DNA of 64,000 nucleotides from Christensenella sp. UBA5893 (GTDB lineage Bacteria; Bacillota; Clostridia; Christensenellales; UBA1242): NCBI GenBank assembly GCA_002431905.1, contig DJER01000007.1, positions 15,019 to 79,018 of the forward strand, read 5' to 3'. Shown piece by piece: positions 37,201 to 46,533 of this stretch (position 1 is its first letter; each line of letters starts with the position of its first letter). The notes under the pieces were generated by a model. It saw only the letters and a program-made list of their open reading frames with translations, ran no database searches and was not told where the DNA came from. The position numbers and the translations under genes were made by a program.

Positions 37201-37652
37201 AAGTAAAACCAATAAAAATTGATATTGTTTGTCCTGCATATATTCCAGAAGATTATATTAGTGACGAACAAGACAAAATCAAACACTATGACGAGATAAG
37301 CAAGATTAGTTCAACAAAAGAAATGGTTGAAGTTAAAAATCATTTAAGTCAAGCTTTTGGAGAAGTTCCAAACGAATTATACAATTTGTTAAAAATTGCC
37401 CTAATTAAAAATTTGGGAACAAAAATAGAAGCAAAAAGAATTCTTTTGTCGCCAACAGCATCAAAAATATATTTGTATCCAAAACAAGAAATTGTGTCAG
37501 AAAGAATAGCCAATGTATTGCATGATAGAAAGGATGCAATGGTATTAAAATTTGAAGATGTGCCAATAATTGAAATGAATTTGTCAAGAATGAGTGTTGT
37601 TGACAAGTTAGACTATGTTATAAAATTTTTAAATGATTGTATAAATGATTGA
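34236..37652 (+). CDS. mfd: Transcription-repair coupling factor
   Basis: 1138 aa. CGDVGYGKTEVALRAA (Walker A), LVLDEEHRFGV (DEEH), and RIGRS motif VI. TTG start abutting the pth stop. Confidence 0.95.
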   Translation: MEIDLILQKSKTLNRVSECVNKDIRLSLSCLQIGEKALTLYYLNKRCIVVCNDVLSLNMLKTELISLGKKVGELDAGYPMPVFAYKQENLSMCEFLGAVYDYHFGKIDILLVLTDALFQRLPNIEFFNNYISLKTNGQYNFAELENTFTNLGYSRSEKVTKRGEFSIRGDIVDIFPTNNSDPIRLDFFGDTLEKIYSFDIDLIEKKEVYEDTNIYPATIYLFDKNKEKILEELNNDIKQKINDNYLRYSEIKSHYENVFENNFIDISDSFILPYFGFKDNVISLFKSDLVVFDEPKKIFDNLYKINENNIISINNSIENNELLNAHKKYFYEIENNFNVQNYLLFDNFNNTYFSYDENINFRNIGSRKYLFDYKALIKDISVYCASSYSCVLFCGSKSSVDSIGKYLITNNLTYQTKFNPNISKSQIVLLQDELPFSASFLEAGLVLIGTLDLVKKTRQELTTKKASKRNTFYLPKVGDYVVHEVHGIGKCVGLENLNLNGSYKDYFVVQYKNGDLLYVPSEQTNTLSAFLGSDKTPVLNKLGGQEFERAKEKVKQAVKKLAINLVELYKQRETEKGIKYESDSLMDLFENSFEYDLTPDQQNAVNDIKSDLYSGKLMDRLICGDVGYGKTEVALRAAYQVVLGGKQVAFLCPTTILSEQHFKTATKRLKDFVCNVKVLNRFKTKAEQEEIIKGVKSGDVDILIGTHRLLSNDVVFKDLGLLVLDEEHRFGVADKEKIKALKKDVDVLTLSATPIPRTLNMALTGIRDISVIETPPKNRIAVQTYVTEESESLICDAIKREMARNGQVLIVYNKVDSIYDFSKRISNLVPNARIGVAHGQMHEKILEDTIFKLYNGEYDILIATTLIENGIDLPMANTLIVIDADRLGLSQLYQLKGRIGRSDRMAYAYFTFNPNKILSVDAYKRLDAIMEFTELGSGFKIAMRDLEIRGAGNVLGKEQHGHMEKVGYELYCKLLDEAVSELKGKKEKEVKPIKIDIVCPAYIPEDYISDEQDKIKHYDEISKISSTKEMVEVKNHLSQAFGEVPNELYNLLKIALIKNLGTKIEAKRILLSPTASKIYLYPKQEIVSERIANVLHDRKDAMVLKFEDVPIIEMNLSRMSVVDKLDYVIKFLNDCIND

Positions 37653-37721
37653 TTTTTGATTGATTTTTTTGGGGTGTTAATATATAATACATTAGTAAAA
37701 TTATAAAAATGGAGAAGTACC

Positions 37722-39350
37722 GTGAAAAAGAAACTTACAGGATTACTATTATGTTTGTTTATGATAACAGCATTTGTGCTCACAGGTTGTGATTTGTTCC
37801 CAAGAGATGTTGATGCATATCTTAACAAATCGGTTTGCACAATAACATATACCGACAAGACAAAAGAAGAGATAACAACAGAGGCATTTATCAATGCTTA
37901 CAATAGTTATGGTTCAAGTTTAACACAAAATGGAACAAGCCAAGAAGAAGCAGTAAATAAAACTTTGGATGTTCTTATCTCAAGATATGTTTTGCTCAAC
38001 CATGCAAAAAAGACCGTTTCAATTGATGATGATATGGAAGATGTTTATGATGAAGTTTACACATCATTAAAATCAAGCATTTCAACTTATGTTACAGCCG
38101 TAAAAAAAGAATGGGAAATTACAACAGAAGATACAAAGAGTGAAGATAGCAGTGATGTTGTAAAATACACACCATATGAACCAAAGGCAGAAGTCGTTTA
38201 TGAAAATGAAGAATACAGAATCAAACTTATAAGTCAAGATTCAAAATCATCAACTCATTTTTCATCACTTGAAGAAGTAATCAATGCATTTAACGACTAT
38301 GCAAATCCAACAGCAACAGATAATAATTCAAAAGTAATGAAAGAAGCATACAGAAGACTTATGTATGTTTTAAAGAAAAATGAAGAAGGTAGAAATCTTT
38401 CAACAGATAACGCTAGCATTTTAAAAAGATATGCAGAAAAATTGTTAAAGAACTCACAAGAAAACAAATATATCACAAAGTTGGAAGAATTTTACAAGAG
38501 TGACAAAAACTATTCAACAATTTCAGTAAGACAAGTTTTGGACAAATATAAATCACTTGTTCTTGAATCAAAATACAAATATGAAAGTGATTCATCAGCA
38601 TATGACAAAGCAATGTTAGAAAGTTTTAAAGATGTATATTATGTTCCAGATGACAACTATTTCTTTGTTTCAAACTTATTAGTTAAATTTACTGATGAGC
38701 AAAAAACAGAATATGCAAATATTGACAAAGATGCATATCTTTCAGATCTTGTAAAAGAACAAAGAAAGAAAGAATTGATCAATGGATGCTTGGCAAAAGT
38801 TAGAGATAACGATGGAAAAATTGTTGATGGCGAAAAAGTTTATGTAAACGATTTACTAAACAGTTTGCAACTTGATTTAAACAATGCAACAACAGATGAA
38901 AAGAAAGCTGAAATATTTAGAGATTACTTATATAAGTATGGCGAAGACACAGGTGTTCAAAATGCTGAATATATGTATGTTATTGGAACAGAAACAAGCA
39001 AAATGGTAGAAAGTTTCAACGATGCATCAAGAGAATTAAACAACAAGGGCGAGTTTGGTGCAATATCAGGCTTGGTTGCTTCTGAATATGGAGTTCACAT
39101 TATATTCTATGGTGGAAAGGTTCAAAACCTATTCACAGTAAACGATTTGGAGCATTTCAATTTGGATTTGAGTGATATTGAAAAATTAACAAGTGCAAAA
39201 TTGAGTGTATTAAACAACAAAACTGTATTTGATAAGGTATATGAAACATTGTCAAATGACAATTATTCAATTTTTGAAAATATGAATCTTAATGTGTTAA
39301 AAAAAGATTTGAAAATTGAAAAACATAAATCTGTATTAGATAATCTATAA
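37722..39350 (+). CDS. PrsA/SurA-like peptidyl-prolyl isomerase lipoprotein
   Basis: Lipobox VLTGC. C-terminal parvulin-like GAISGLVASEYGVHIIFYGG. Confidence 0.65.
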   Translation: MKKKLTGLLLCLFMITAFVLTGCDLFPRDVDAYLNKSVCTITYTDKTKEEITTEAFINAYNSYGSSLTQNGTSQEEAVNKTLDVLISRYVLLNHAKKTVSIDDDMEDVYDEVYTSLKSSISTYVTAVKKEWEITTEDTKSEDSSDVVKYTPYEPKAEVVYENEEYRIKLISQDSKSSTHFSSLEEVINAFNDYANPTATDNNSKVMKEAYRRLMYVLKKNEEGRNLSTDNASILKRYAEKLLKNSQENKYITKLEEFYKSDKNYSTISVRQVLDKYKSLVLESKYKYESDSSAYDKAMLESFKDVYYVPDDNYFFVSNLLVKFTDEQKTEYANIDKDAYLSDLVKEQRKKELINGCLAKVRDNDGKIVDGEKVYVNDLLNSLQLDLNNATTDEKKAEIFRDYLYKYGEDTGVQNAEYMYVIGTETSKMVESFNDASRELNNKGEFGAISGLVASEYGVHIIFYGGKVQNLFTVNDLEHFNLDLSDIEKLTSAKLSVLNNKTVFDKVYETLSNDNYSIFENMNLNVLKKDLKIEKHKSVLDNL

Positions 39351-39483
39351 AAGTTAATAAATATTGCAAGTAAAGGTGCTTGCAATATTTTTTTGTTTGA
39401 TTGTTATGTACTGTGTGTGATTTTTGCATTAAAATTTTAAATAATCTTTACAATTAACAAAATGTTTGCTAAACTAGATAAGA

Positions 39484-40842
39484 ATGGAAAAGTTTGTGTT
39501 AAAAGACAAAAATAAAAAACTTAAGGCCACAAAAGTGGCAAAGTCTTTTTCATGCAAGAAGAATCAAAATAAGCAGTTGGAACTTGATATAACACAAACA
39601 ATGGAAGTTGGTACAGCTCAAACCAGTGAAGATGAAAAACAAAAAGAGTTGGAACAAATTGAACAAGCTGAACAAGCAGTAAGTAAGCAAAAAACAAAAA
39701 AGAAAAAAATTTGGAATGTTATATTCTTTATTATAAATATCGTTGTCGTTGCTGCAATCTTAACATATCAACTAACACAAGAAAAGATTACTCCAATAAC
39801 TGATATTCAAAATTTTAGGTGGTACTTTGCACCAATAATTGCACTTGTGTTCGTGTTAATTATGGCACTGGACACATTTAGGACAAATTACTTTTTAAAA
39901 CAATCGGGCAGTAGATCAAGACCCTATTTATGTTACAAAATGTGTGCAACAGGCAAGTATTATGACAATATCACACCTATGTCAAGTGGTGGCGAACCAG
40001 CACAAATATTTTACCTAAATCATAGGGGTGTAAATGCTGGAACATCAATTTCTGTTACAATGGCAAGATATGTTGTTTCGCAAATTGCATGGATGCTTGT
40101 AGGTTTGTTTGGTGTTGGTGTTATCATTGTTGAAAAGGTAATGGATGTAAGCGTTGTTCTTGTTGTTGGTCTTATTGGTTTTGCTGCAAACTTTTTGATT
40201 ACATCCATATGTTTGTTATTATCAATGAGCAAAAGGATAGGTAATGGACTTGTTGTAAAAATATTAAAATTTTTGAAGAAAATACATTTGATAAAGCACT
40301 ATGACAAAACATTTGAAAAAGTAAATGGTGTTGTTAGCACTTATCAAAACACAATGAAAACCTATGCAAAAAATATTTGGCGATTTTTATTTGCAATACT
40401 TATTTCAATTGCTATATTTGTATTAAATTACACAATGCCATATCTTATTTATTTGATGTTTGGCGGAACAAACTATGGTTTGTGGCTAAATATATTGATA
40501 TTCTCGGTAATTATTGAGTTGGGTTCAAGTATCATTCCTCTTCCAGGGGGTTCAGGAATGAACGAAATTTCGTTCACAGTTATTTTTGGCTCAATATTCC
40601 CAGAAGGAACTGTTTTCTGGGGTTTGCTTGTTTGGCGTTTTATGACATACTATCTATACATTTTGCAAGGTATAACAATAGTAATATACGATTATGTTCA
40701 TGGAAATAAAAAATTCAAGTGGACACAACGAAAATGGGAACTTGAAGCAGAAAGTATTTTGTTTAAGGAAGAACAAATAAAAAATTATAAAAAACAAAAG
40801 AAAACAAGAAAAACTACAAAATCAATAAAAACATCTAAATAA
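39484..40842 (+). CDS. Flippase-like (LPG-synthase-TM / UPF0104) integral membrane protein
   Basis: Multi-TM protein with the PLPGGSGMNEISF motif. Charged N- and C-terminal tails. Confidence 0.6.
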   Translation: MEKFVLKDKNKKLKATKVAKSFSCKKNQNKQLELDITQTMEVGTAQTSEDEKQKELEQIEQAEQAVSKQKTKKKKIWNVIFFIINIVVVAAILTYQLTQEKITPITDIQNFRWYFAPIIALVFVLIMALDTFRTNYFLKQSGSRSRPYLCYKMCATGKYYDNITPMSSGGEPAQIFYLNHRGVNAGTSISVTMARYVVSQIAWMLVGLFGVGVIIVEKVMDVSVVLVVGLIGFAANFLITSICLLLSMSKRIGNGLVVKILKFLKKIHLIKHYDKTFEKVNGVVSTYQNTMKTYAKNIWRFLFAILISIAIFVLNYTMPYLIYLMFGGTNYGLWLNILIFSVIIELGSSIIPLPGGSGMNEISFTVIFGSIFPEGTVFWGLLVWRFMTYYLYILQGITIVIYDYVHGNKKFKWTQRKWELEAESILFKEEQIKNYKKQKKTRKTTKSIKTSK

Positions 40843-40877
40843 AGTTTAGATGTTTTTTTTATGTAAATAATTATTTT

Positions 40878-41384
40878 ATGAAAAAAATGGATACCAAAAC
40901 AAAAAATCTTATATTTGCCGTTGTTGTTTTGTCGATAATGCTTGTTGCAAGTGTCATATATAACATAATGGGCGGATTCGTTATAAATCAAGAGAAAAAT
41001 GCTTACCTAAATTTAGGTGATGAATATACATTTAATATTAACGGATTGGGCGTTTTTAGTCAGTCCTTTTGTGTTGATGGCACTTTGCTTCCCGGGGACG
41101 TAATAAATCAAAAAATACAGTTAAAATTGCCCGATATTGACACAAATAACAAAATTTTGCGTGTAAAAGTTGATTTTTTGGATAATCAACTCAAAATACT
41201 TGGGTTCGATAATTGGATGACAGTTGATGGTTATTATGTGTATAATTCGGCAATTTTTAAGAACCAAACAATTGGGCTTTGTGAAAAAGTTGAGCTTGAC
41301 AAAAATATCCCGCTAAAAAGTAATATGCTGTATTATCTTATAGTTTCTGTTGAATATATAAATGAACTTGGTCTAAATAAATAG
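40878..41384 (+). CDS. Membrane-anchored hypothetical protein
   Basis: N-terminal TM helix LIFAVVVLSIMLVASVIY. No recognisable motif. Confidence 0.45.
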   Translation: MKKMDTKTKNLIFAVVVLSIMLVASVIYNIMGGFVINQEKNAYLNLGDEYTFNINGLGVFSQSFCVDGTLLPGDVINQKIQLKLPDIDTNNKILRVKVDFLDNQLKILGFDNWMTVDGYYVYNSAIFKNQTIGLCEKVELDKNIPLKSNMLYYLIVSVEYINELGLNK

Positions 41385-42412
41385 TCATAAATACTCTTTG
41401 GATTAAAAAATGGGTGTAAGTTTATATCATCTTTCCGAAGTGTTGTTCCGTCAACACATTTTCTATCCATAAATAACACTTTTTGGCTTAATCTTGTTGG
41501 CAAATATGAATAAAATGTTTTCATTCCAACTCCACAAAATAATTCAAAGCCATATTTGGTTAAAAGTTGGTGTTTGTATGTTAACCCATTTGAATCATAT
41601 ACACTCCATTCGCCATATGGATAAACATAAACTTTTGTTTTCCCAACAAGTGGTTCTACTTCATTTTTCCATAATCTTAATTCTTCTTCAAATTGTTCGT
41701 TTGATATTTTGTTCATATGATAGTGACCATAACTATGTGAAGCAAAATTCCAGCCACACTGTTTAAGTTTTTTAACAACTTTTTTTGCTTCGTTTATTTC
41801 ATTTTGTCTATTTTTTGTATTCTTTGATTGTGTTCTGTATCCAAGTATTCCATCGTAGCCAGTAAGATTTATTGTGCCTTTTGCATTATTATGTGAAAAA
41901 TCAGGGTGTTTTTTTATAAAATTTTCTAAAATGCAAACAAATTCCTTATCGTATGATATATCTATTTTTCCATTAATATTGGTTTGTGTTGCCAAGTTAT
42001 TGTCTTTGTCAAGTATAATCTTATCAACCATTCCAAGCCCCATTTTTTTATGGTCATAGTTAACATCATCAAATGACAAAACTAAAGCTTTTTTCCCTTT
42101 TGGAATTTTTATTGCAGTTTTTTTAATAATGCCATTTTCATTTTTAAATGTGTCATTGATGTCGACTAGGATATAGTTATTCTTATACAAACTTTCAAGC
42201 ATATTCTTGAACTCAAAACTTGTTATACAATCAATGTTATAGTTATCTCTCATGGGGTTGTCTTTTTTGAATGCAAGGGCTGGATATGCTATTAAACAAT
42301 GGGTGAATAGATGTTCAACTGTTGCCATTTGCATTATACTATCTGGCATAAACCCATAAAAAAGTGGCAAAACCATAACAAAAACAAACAAGAATAATAT
42401 AACTTTTTTCAT
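41333..42412 (-). CDS. Polysaccharide deacetylase (NodB-homology) family protein
   Basis: Start set at MKKVILFLFVF. Contains LVLSFDDVNYD and ASHSYGHYHM metal/catalytic motifs. Confidence 0.7.
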   Translation of the reverse strand: MKKVILFLFVFVMVLPLFYGFMPDSIMQMATVEHLFTHCLIAYPALAFKKDNPMRDNYNIDCITSFEFKNMLESLYKNNYILVDINDTFKNENGIIKKTAIKIPKGKKALVLSFDDVNYDHKKMGLGMVDKIILDKDNNLATQTNINGKIDISYDKEFVCILENFIKKHPDFSHNNAKGTINLTGYDGILGYRTQSKNTKNRQNEINEAKKVVKKLKQCGWNFASHSYGHYHMNKISNEQFEEELRLWKNEVEPLVGKTKVYVYPYGEWSVYDSNGLTYKHQLLTKYGFELFCGVGMKTFYSYLPTRLSQKVLFMDRKCVDGTTLRKDDINLHPFFNPKSIYDYLFRPSSFIYSTETIR

Positions 42413-42512
42413 ATTGTTAGTGTGCTCCAAAATTTCCAAAATAAACAAAAATATACCATAATTCGCTACATAAATAAATTTAGTTGTGTGCTAAACTCTT
42501 GTTGAGGTAACA

Positions 42513-43712
42513 ATGGAAAACGAGTATTATAGTAGAATTGTGTATAGAAAAAATGCTTTTTTGGAACTTGCTCAATATTTAGGGCAAAACTATTATGGGA
42601 AAAAGGTGCTGCTTATATCAACAAAAAGTTTGGTAAATTCCAACTTGACCGAAATAATGAATGCATTATCATTTTCAAAATGCAGTTTTAGTCATTTTAT
42701 TGCCAAGAATAACTTTTCCGAAAATGAATTAAAATTATTAACAAATCTTGTTTCTGATGAAAATTTTGATTTGTACATAGTTTTTGGTGGGGTAAGGGCA
42801 ACAATGACAACAAAATATTTTGCAAACATATTTGATGTTCCATACATTGTTTGTCCATCAATGCCTAGCGGAATAGGATATTTTTCAAATATTTGCATTA
42901 ATCCTTACGATAGTGCAAGAAGTTTTATATGTAACTATCCCGAAAAAGTGTTTATCAGTGAAGTTGTTATGCGAACTTGCCCAAAAAAATTTGTAAAGCA
43001 GGGCGTGTATTTTATTCTTGCATTTGAAGAATATATTGCAACATGTGATATAGAAAACATTTTGGAAGGTACTCATTATGATTGCGCACCAATTAAAAAT
43101 ATAATTGAAAAATTGAAAAAAGAATTGAAAGGTGTTATGAGTATGGATGTTGATGAAAAACTGAAACTTATGGATATCTTAATTGATTTGGGGTATGAAT
43201 GTAGCAATATTGATTTATTTAAAAATTCAGTTTTCAATTTGTATTCAATAATGCAAAAAGTGTTAAAAGATAATAGCGAATTTTTGTATGGGGGTGAATG
43301 TTATCTATTGTCATCAAATGCACTTCTTTGTATGTATACAAACTTTTTTAAGCAAAAAGAAATAAAAAGATTAGAAATGCCAGACATAGAAAAATTAGTA
43401 AAAAATATTAAAAATCACTCAATATTTTATAAAAAAATCAATAATTTGTCGTTTTTTAATAGTATTGCTAACAAAAAAGAACTACTTATCAGACTAAATA
43501 ATTTAAAAGAAGAATTTTATTTTCAATGCAATAAAAGGCTTTGCGAACAAAACAAAATGTTGGATATCATAAAAAGTTATGACAACATTTTTGTTTTTGA
43601 CCCACCTCAAATTAAAAATGTATTTACTGCAATAAATGTCTTTCCATTTATCACAGAAAATAACTATGTTGTTACACTTATGGGTGGACTTGGGTATTTT
43701 AATAAATTTTAA
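42513..43712 (+). CDS. Hypothetical protein with weak resemblance to the iron-ADH/glycerol-1-phosphate dehydrogenase fold
   Basis: KKVLLISTKS...IVFGGVRATMTTKYFA...PYIVCPSMPSGIGYFS loosely matches GGGS...K...VPT..S.DG. The catalytic residues are not conserved. Confidence 0.3.
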   Translation: MENEYYSRIVYRKNAFLELAQYLGQNYYGKKVLLISTKSLVNSNLTEIMNALSFSKCSFSHFIAKNNFSENELKLLTNLVSDENFDLYIVFGGVRATMTTKYFANIFDVPYIVCPSMPSGIGYFSNICINPYDSARSFICNYPEKVFISEVVMRTCPKKFVKQGVYFILAFEEYIATCDIENILEGTHYDCAPIKNIIEKLKKELKGVMSMDVDEKLKLMDILIDLGYECSNIDLFKNSVFNLYSIMQKVLKDNSEFLYGGECYLLSSNALLCMYTNFFKQKEIKRLEMPDIEKLVKNIKNHSIFYKKINNLSFFNSIANKKELLIRLNNLKEEFYFQCNKRLCEQNKMLDIIKSYDNIFVFDPPQIKNVFTAINVFPFITENNYVVTLMGGLGYFNKF

Positions 43713-43845
43713 ATTTTAATAAAAAATCAAAAAAATATATAAAAATAAGGCAAAATCTTGTAAAAAAATGAATTTTGCCTTATTTTTTATTCAATTACCA
43801 ATTTTTGCTGTGTTTAAAACAATGTATTGAGTCAATAAATTATGT

Positions 43846-44298
43846 ATGAAAAAATTTATTGTATTTTGTTTGTTATGTGGTTTTTTGTTTAGTATATCGT
43901 TATTTAAAAATGAATACGATTTTTCAAAAGAAGATAATTTAAGTGTGCAAATTTTTGTTTCGGATCAAAATTATAATCATTTGAATGAATTTGATTATGT
44001 TAAAAATGGTGCAGGGGCAATTGTTTTTTGTGATTATATGCAGTATAAAAAAATAAAAAAGGACTGCAAAAATATTGCCGGAGTAACTTTTATTTTTGAT
44101 GGAGATGAAAAAACTCTTAATAGAATGATAAATGACCTTGGAGTCAAAACAACCGAAAGAACAAGTAGTGATTTTGTTGGGTATACGAACTATTTTGATT
44201 CTTCACTAAATATTGATGGAAAAAAGACAAATGTTCAAGGTTATTTGAGCGAAAATAAGGTATATATTGGATTTCCATTACTGCTTGGAAGTTACTAG
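43846..44298 (+). CDS. Secreted hypothetical protein (possibly YwmB-like)
   Basis: Signal-like N-terminus. C-terminal ...KVYIGFPLLLGSY resembles the YwmB-family ending. Confidence 0.35.
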   Translation: MKKFIVFCLLCGFLFSISLFKNEYDFSKEDNLSVQIFVSDQNYNHLNEFDYVKNGAGAIVFCDYMQYKKIKKDCKNIAGVTFIFDGDEKTLNRMINDLGVKTTERTSSDFVGYTNYFDSSLNIDGKKTNVQGYLSENKVYIGFPLLLGSY

Positions 44299-44373
44299 TT
44301 GTTACACTAAAAATTTTTTAACATTTTATGTATAACATTAAGAAAACTGTCAATAACCTTTGTGGAGGTAAAA

Positions 44374-44958
44374 ATGGAAAATAACGAAAAAGGAAAATTT
44401 GTGAGCATTGTGAAAAGATATGGATATTATGTTCTTGCCTTTGTACTAATTTTGGGCATAACATTAAGCGTTGTGTTTACATCAGCCAAGAGACCAAGTC
44501 AAGAAGCAAATGTTCCAACAGACACACAACCTATCGTTTTTGGTTTACCAATTTCTTCACCAAGTGTTTTAAAATGGTATAGTGATACTGAACTTATGTA
44601 TAATGAAACACTCAAACAATGGGAAAGTCACAAGGGAATTGACTTAATCTCAACAAACCAAGATAATCTTGATGTTTTGGCAGTTCTTGATGGGGTGGTT
44701 GCAAATGTGGAAACAAATTACGAGGGTGGAACTTGTGTTACTATAAATCATAGTAACGGGTTTGTAAGCAAATATTACTCACTTGCTGATGATGTGTGTG
44801 TGCAAGCGACAGATAAAATAACAAAAGGTTCAAAGATTGGGACTATATCACAAACAAGTGCCAACGAATCAAAAATGGGAAATCACTTACACTTTGAACT
44901 TTACAAAGATAATCAAAAAGTTGATCCTGCAAATTATCTATCATTAGAGAATAAGTAA
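44374..44958 (+). CDS. M23-family metallopeptidase, N-terminally membrane-anchored
   Basis: ATG behind GGAGG. HKGIDL and GNHLHFELYKDNQKVDP motifs. Confidence 0.85.
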   Translation: MENNEKGKFVSIVKRYGYYVLAFVLILGITLSVVFTSAKRPSQEANVPTDTQPIVFGLPISSPSVLKWYSDTELMYNETLKQWESHKGIDLISTNQDNLDVLAVLDGVVANVETNYEGGTCVTINHSNGFVSKYYSLADDVCVQATDKITKGSKIGTISQTSANESKMGNHLHFELYKDNQKVDPANYLSLENK

Positions 44959-45088
44959 AAGAATAAAAATGTTATCTAACTATGGTAACATTTTTTCTTT
45001 GATGAAAAGTCAAGAAAATATAGCAAAAAAATAGAAAAAAATTAAAAAAAGTTAAAGAATTGTGTAAAATGGTTGTTGAAACCATATA

Positions 45089-45112
45089 TTCATACCCTTG
45101 CAAGGGTATGAA
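45089..45112. repeat. Perfect 24-bp palindrome TTCATACCCTTGCAAGGGTATGAA
   Basis: Read directly from the sequence. Lies ~90 bp outside the IS30 transposase stop, within a region bracketed by the near-inverted repeats GAAAAGTCAAGAAAAT (45004-45019) and ATTTCTTTGACTTTTC (45121-45136). Confidence 0.8.
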
Positions 45113-45202
45113 TAGGCAAAATTTCTTTGACTTTTCTTTTTTATGGTATGCAAAAAAGAGTGTGTATCTAACACACTTAAAAAGTGGCTGTATTTTGTTT
45201 TG

Positions 45203-46234
45203 CTAGGCTATTGCTTGTAAGTGTTTCTCAAAGAGTTCAGAAGATGTAGCATAGTTAAATATCTCTCTTGGGTAGTTGTTTACCCAGTCTTCAACTTTTT
45301 GTATATCTTGTATAGAATATTTACTTATGTCAGAGCCTTTTGGAATAAGTCTTCGTATTTCTCTGTTAAGTCATTCGTTCGTGCCCCTTTCACTAGAACA
45401 ATAAGGGTGACAATAAAAAACTGTTGTTCGTTTGCCGTGTCCATAAGAAGATTTTTCTATGCCGTGAAAATCTGCAAACTCGCTTCCGTTATCTACTGTA
45501 ATTGACTTAAATATTTTTTTGAATGTTTTACCAAATCTTCTTTCTAAGATGTTTAAGCACTTAACAACACTAATTGCTTTTTGATTTTCCATTTTAAAAA
45601 TTATCTCTTTTCGTGTAAGTCTTTCGCTTAACACAAGAAGCACGGGCTTTGTTTTACCACAAACACAGTCCATTTCCCAGTGTCCGAATGAATTTCTTTG
45701 TTTAATTTCTTTTGGTCGTCTTTCAATGCTTGTGCCTTTTGGTGCTCGTTTTATTTTGACTTTCTTGTATTCTTTCTTTCGTTTCTCTAATCTGATATGT
45801 GGGAACAAGCCCATTTCAATATATCTATAAAGAGTAGTTTTGCTTATATTTGTATCAAACTGCATGTTCTTATACTTAATCTCGCCAAGAACTGCACAAG
45901 CAGATATTTTGTCTTCCACAACTCTTTTTTCCATATACTTAACAAAAGCAAAGTCTTTACCAAGTTTAATTGGTCTACCTTTACCAGAGCAAAGCAAGTC
46001 GTATCTATCTTGCGACCTTTGGGCTGAATATCTAATTTGTTTTTTAATTCTGACACCATACCAAAATGTATCTTGTTTTGTGGTATGTTCATAAGCACCC
46101 CGTTTTAATTCTCTGTAAATAGTGCAGAGATGTAAGCCAAGTATTTGGGCAATTTCTTTTTTAGTTTTCTTGGCATTATATAATGTTTCTATTTGTAATC
46201 TTTGTGTGAATGTTAAATTTCTTCGTTTCTTCAT
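45203..46234 (-). pseudogene. IS30-family DDE transposase interrupted by a single in-frame TGA (45371-45373)
   Basis: N-terminal HTH (RRNLTFTQRLQIE...IAQILGLHLCTIYRELKRG), ITVDNGSEF, and HPYCSSERGTNE-TGA-LNREIRRLIPKGSDIS. Own translation shows the frame continues for 55 more codons to TAG at 45203-45205, giving a normal ~343-codon IS30 length. Confidence 0.8.
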
Positions 46235-46274
46235 AACTAATTCTCCTTTGTATGTTTTGTCTTATTATACAACT

Positions 46275-46305
46275 AAAAAAACTAGGTCATTAAACAACCT
46301 AGTTT
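46275..46305 (-). terminator. Intrinsic terminator at the distal end of the prophage minus-strand operon
   Basis: Perfect 9-bp stem AAACTAGGT/ACCTAGTTT followed, on the minus strand, by a T-run. Confidence 0.65.
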
Positions 46306-46332
46306 ATAAAGAGAATTATTATTGATATTAAA

Positions 46333-46533
46333 TTATTTTGTAAGCAAAGTTAAATAACTGTTTCGTTGTCGCAAAAAAGCATTTTCTTTTGCTAATTGTT
46401 CATTTTTAATTTTTTCGCCCATAATGAGCCTATTGGAACTTCTTATTTCTTCAATCAATCTATGTTTCAATAATTCTATTTCATTTTCTAGTTGTTTTAT
46501 ATAATCTAATGTATTTGTATTAACTCTAATCAT
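46333..46533 (-). CDS. Prophage small coiled-coil protein
   Basis: 66 aa with heptad-like LENEIELLKHRLIEE. Overlaps the upstream gene by 8 nt. Confidence 0.5.
   Translation of the reverse strand: MIRVNTNTLDYIKQLENEIELLKHRLIEEIRSSNRLIMGEKIKNEQLAKENAFLRQRNSYLTLLTK

Noticed and set aside
41333-41384. 52-nt convergent overlap of the 3' ends of 40878..41384 and the deacetylase gene as a regulatory antisense arrangement
   Set aside because: No supporting structure or promoter evidence was seen. It may simply reflect tolerant C-termini and is not strong enough to report as a finding.
45371-45373. The in-frame TGA in the IS30 transposase as evidence for an alternative genetic code (TGA = Trp or Gly)
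   Set aside because: TGA clearly terminates well-conserved genes in the same window. Examples are the mtaD-like gene at 1723-1725 (ATGA overlap with tex) and the Zot-like gene at 49278-49280. The aligned position in IS30 family proteins is usually Asn, not Trp or Gly.
45221-45505. 94-aa plus-strand ORF
   Set aside because: It is antisense to the continuous IS30 transposase frame and is a by-product of that gene.
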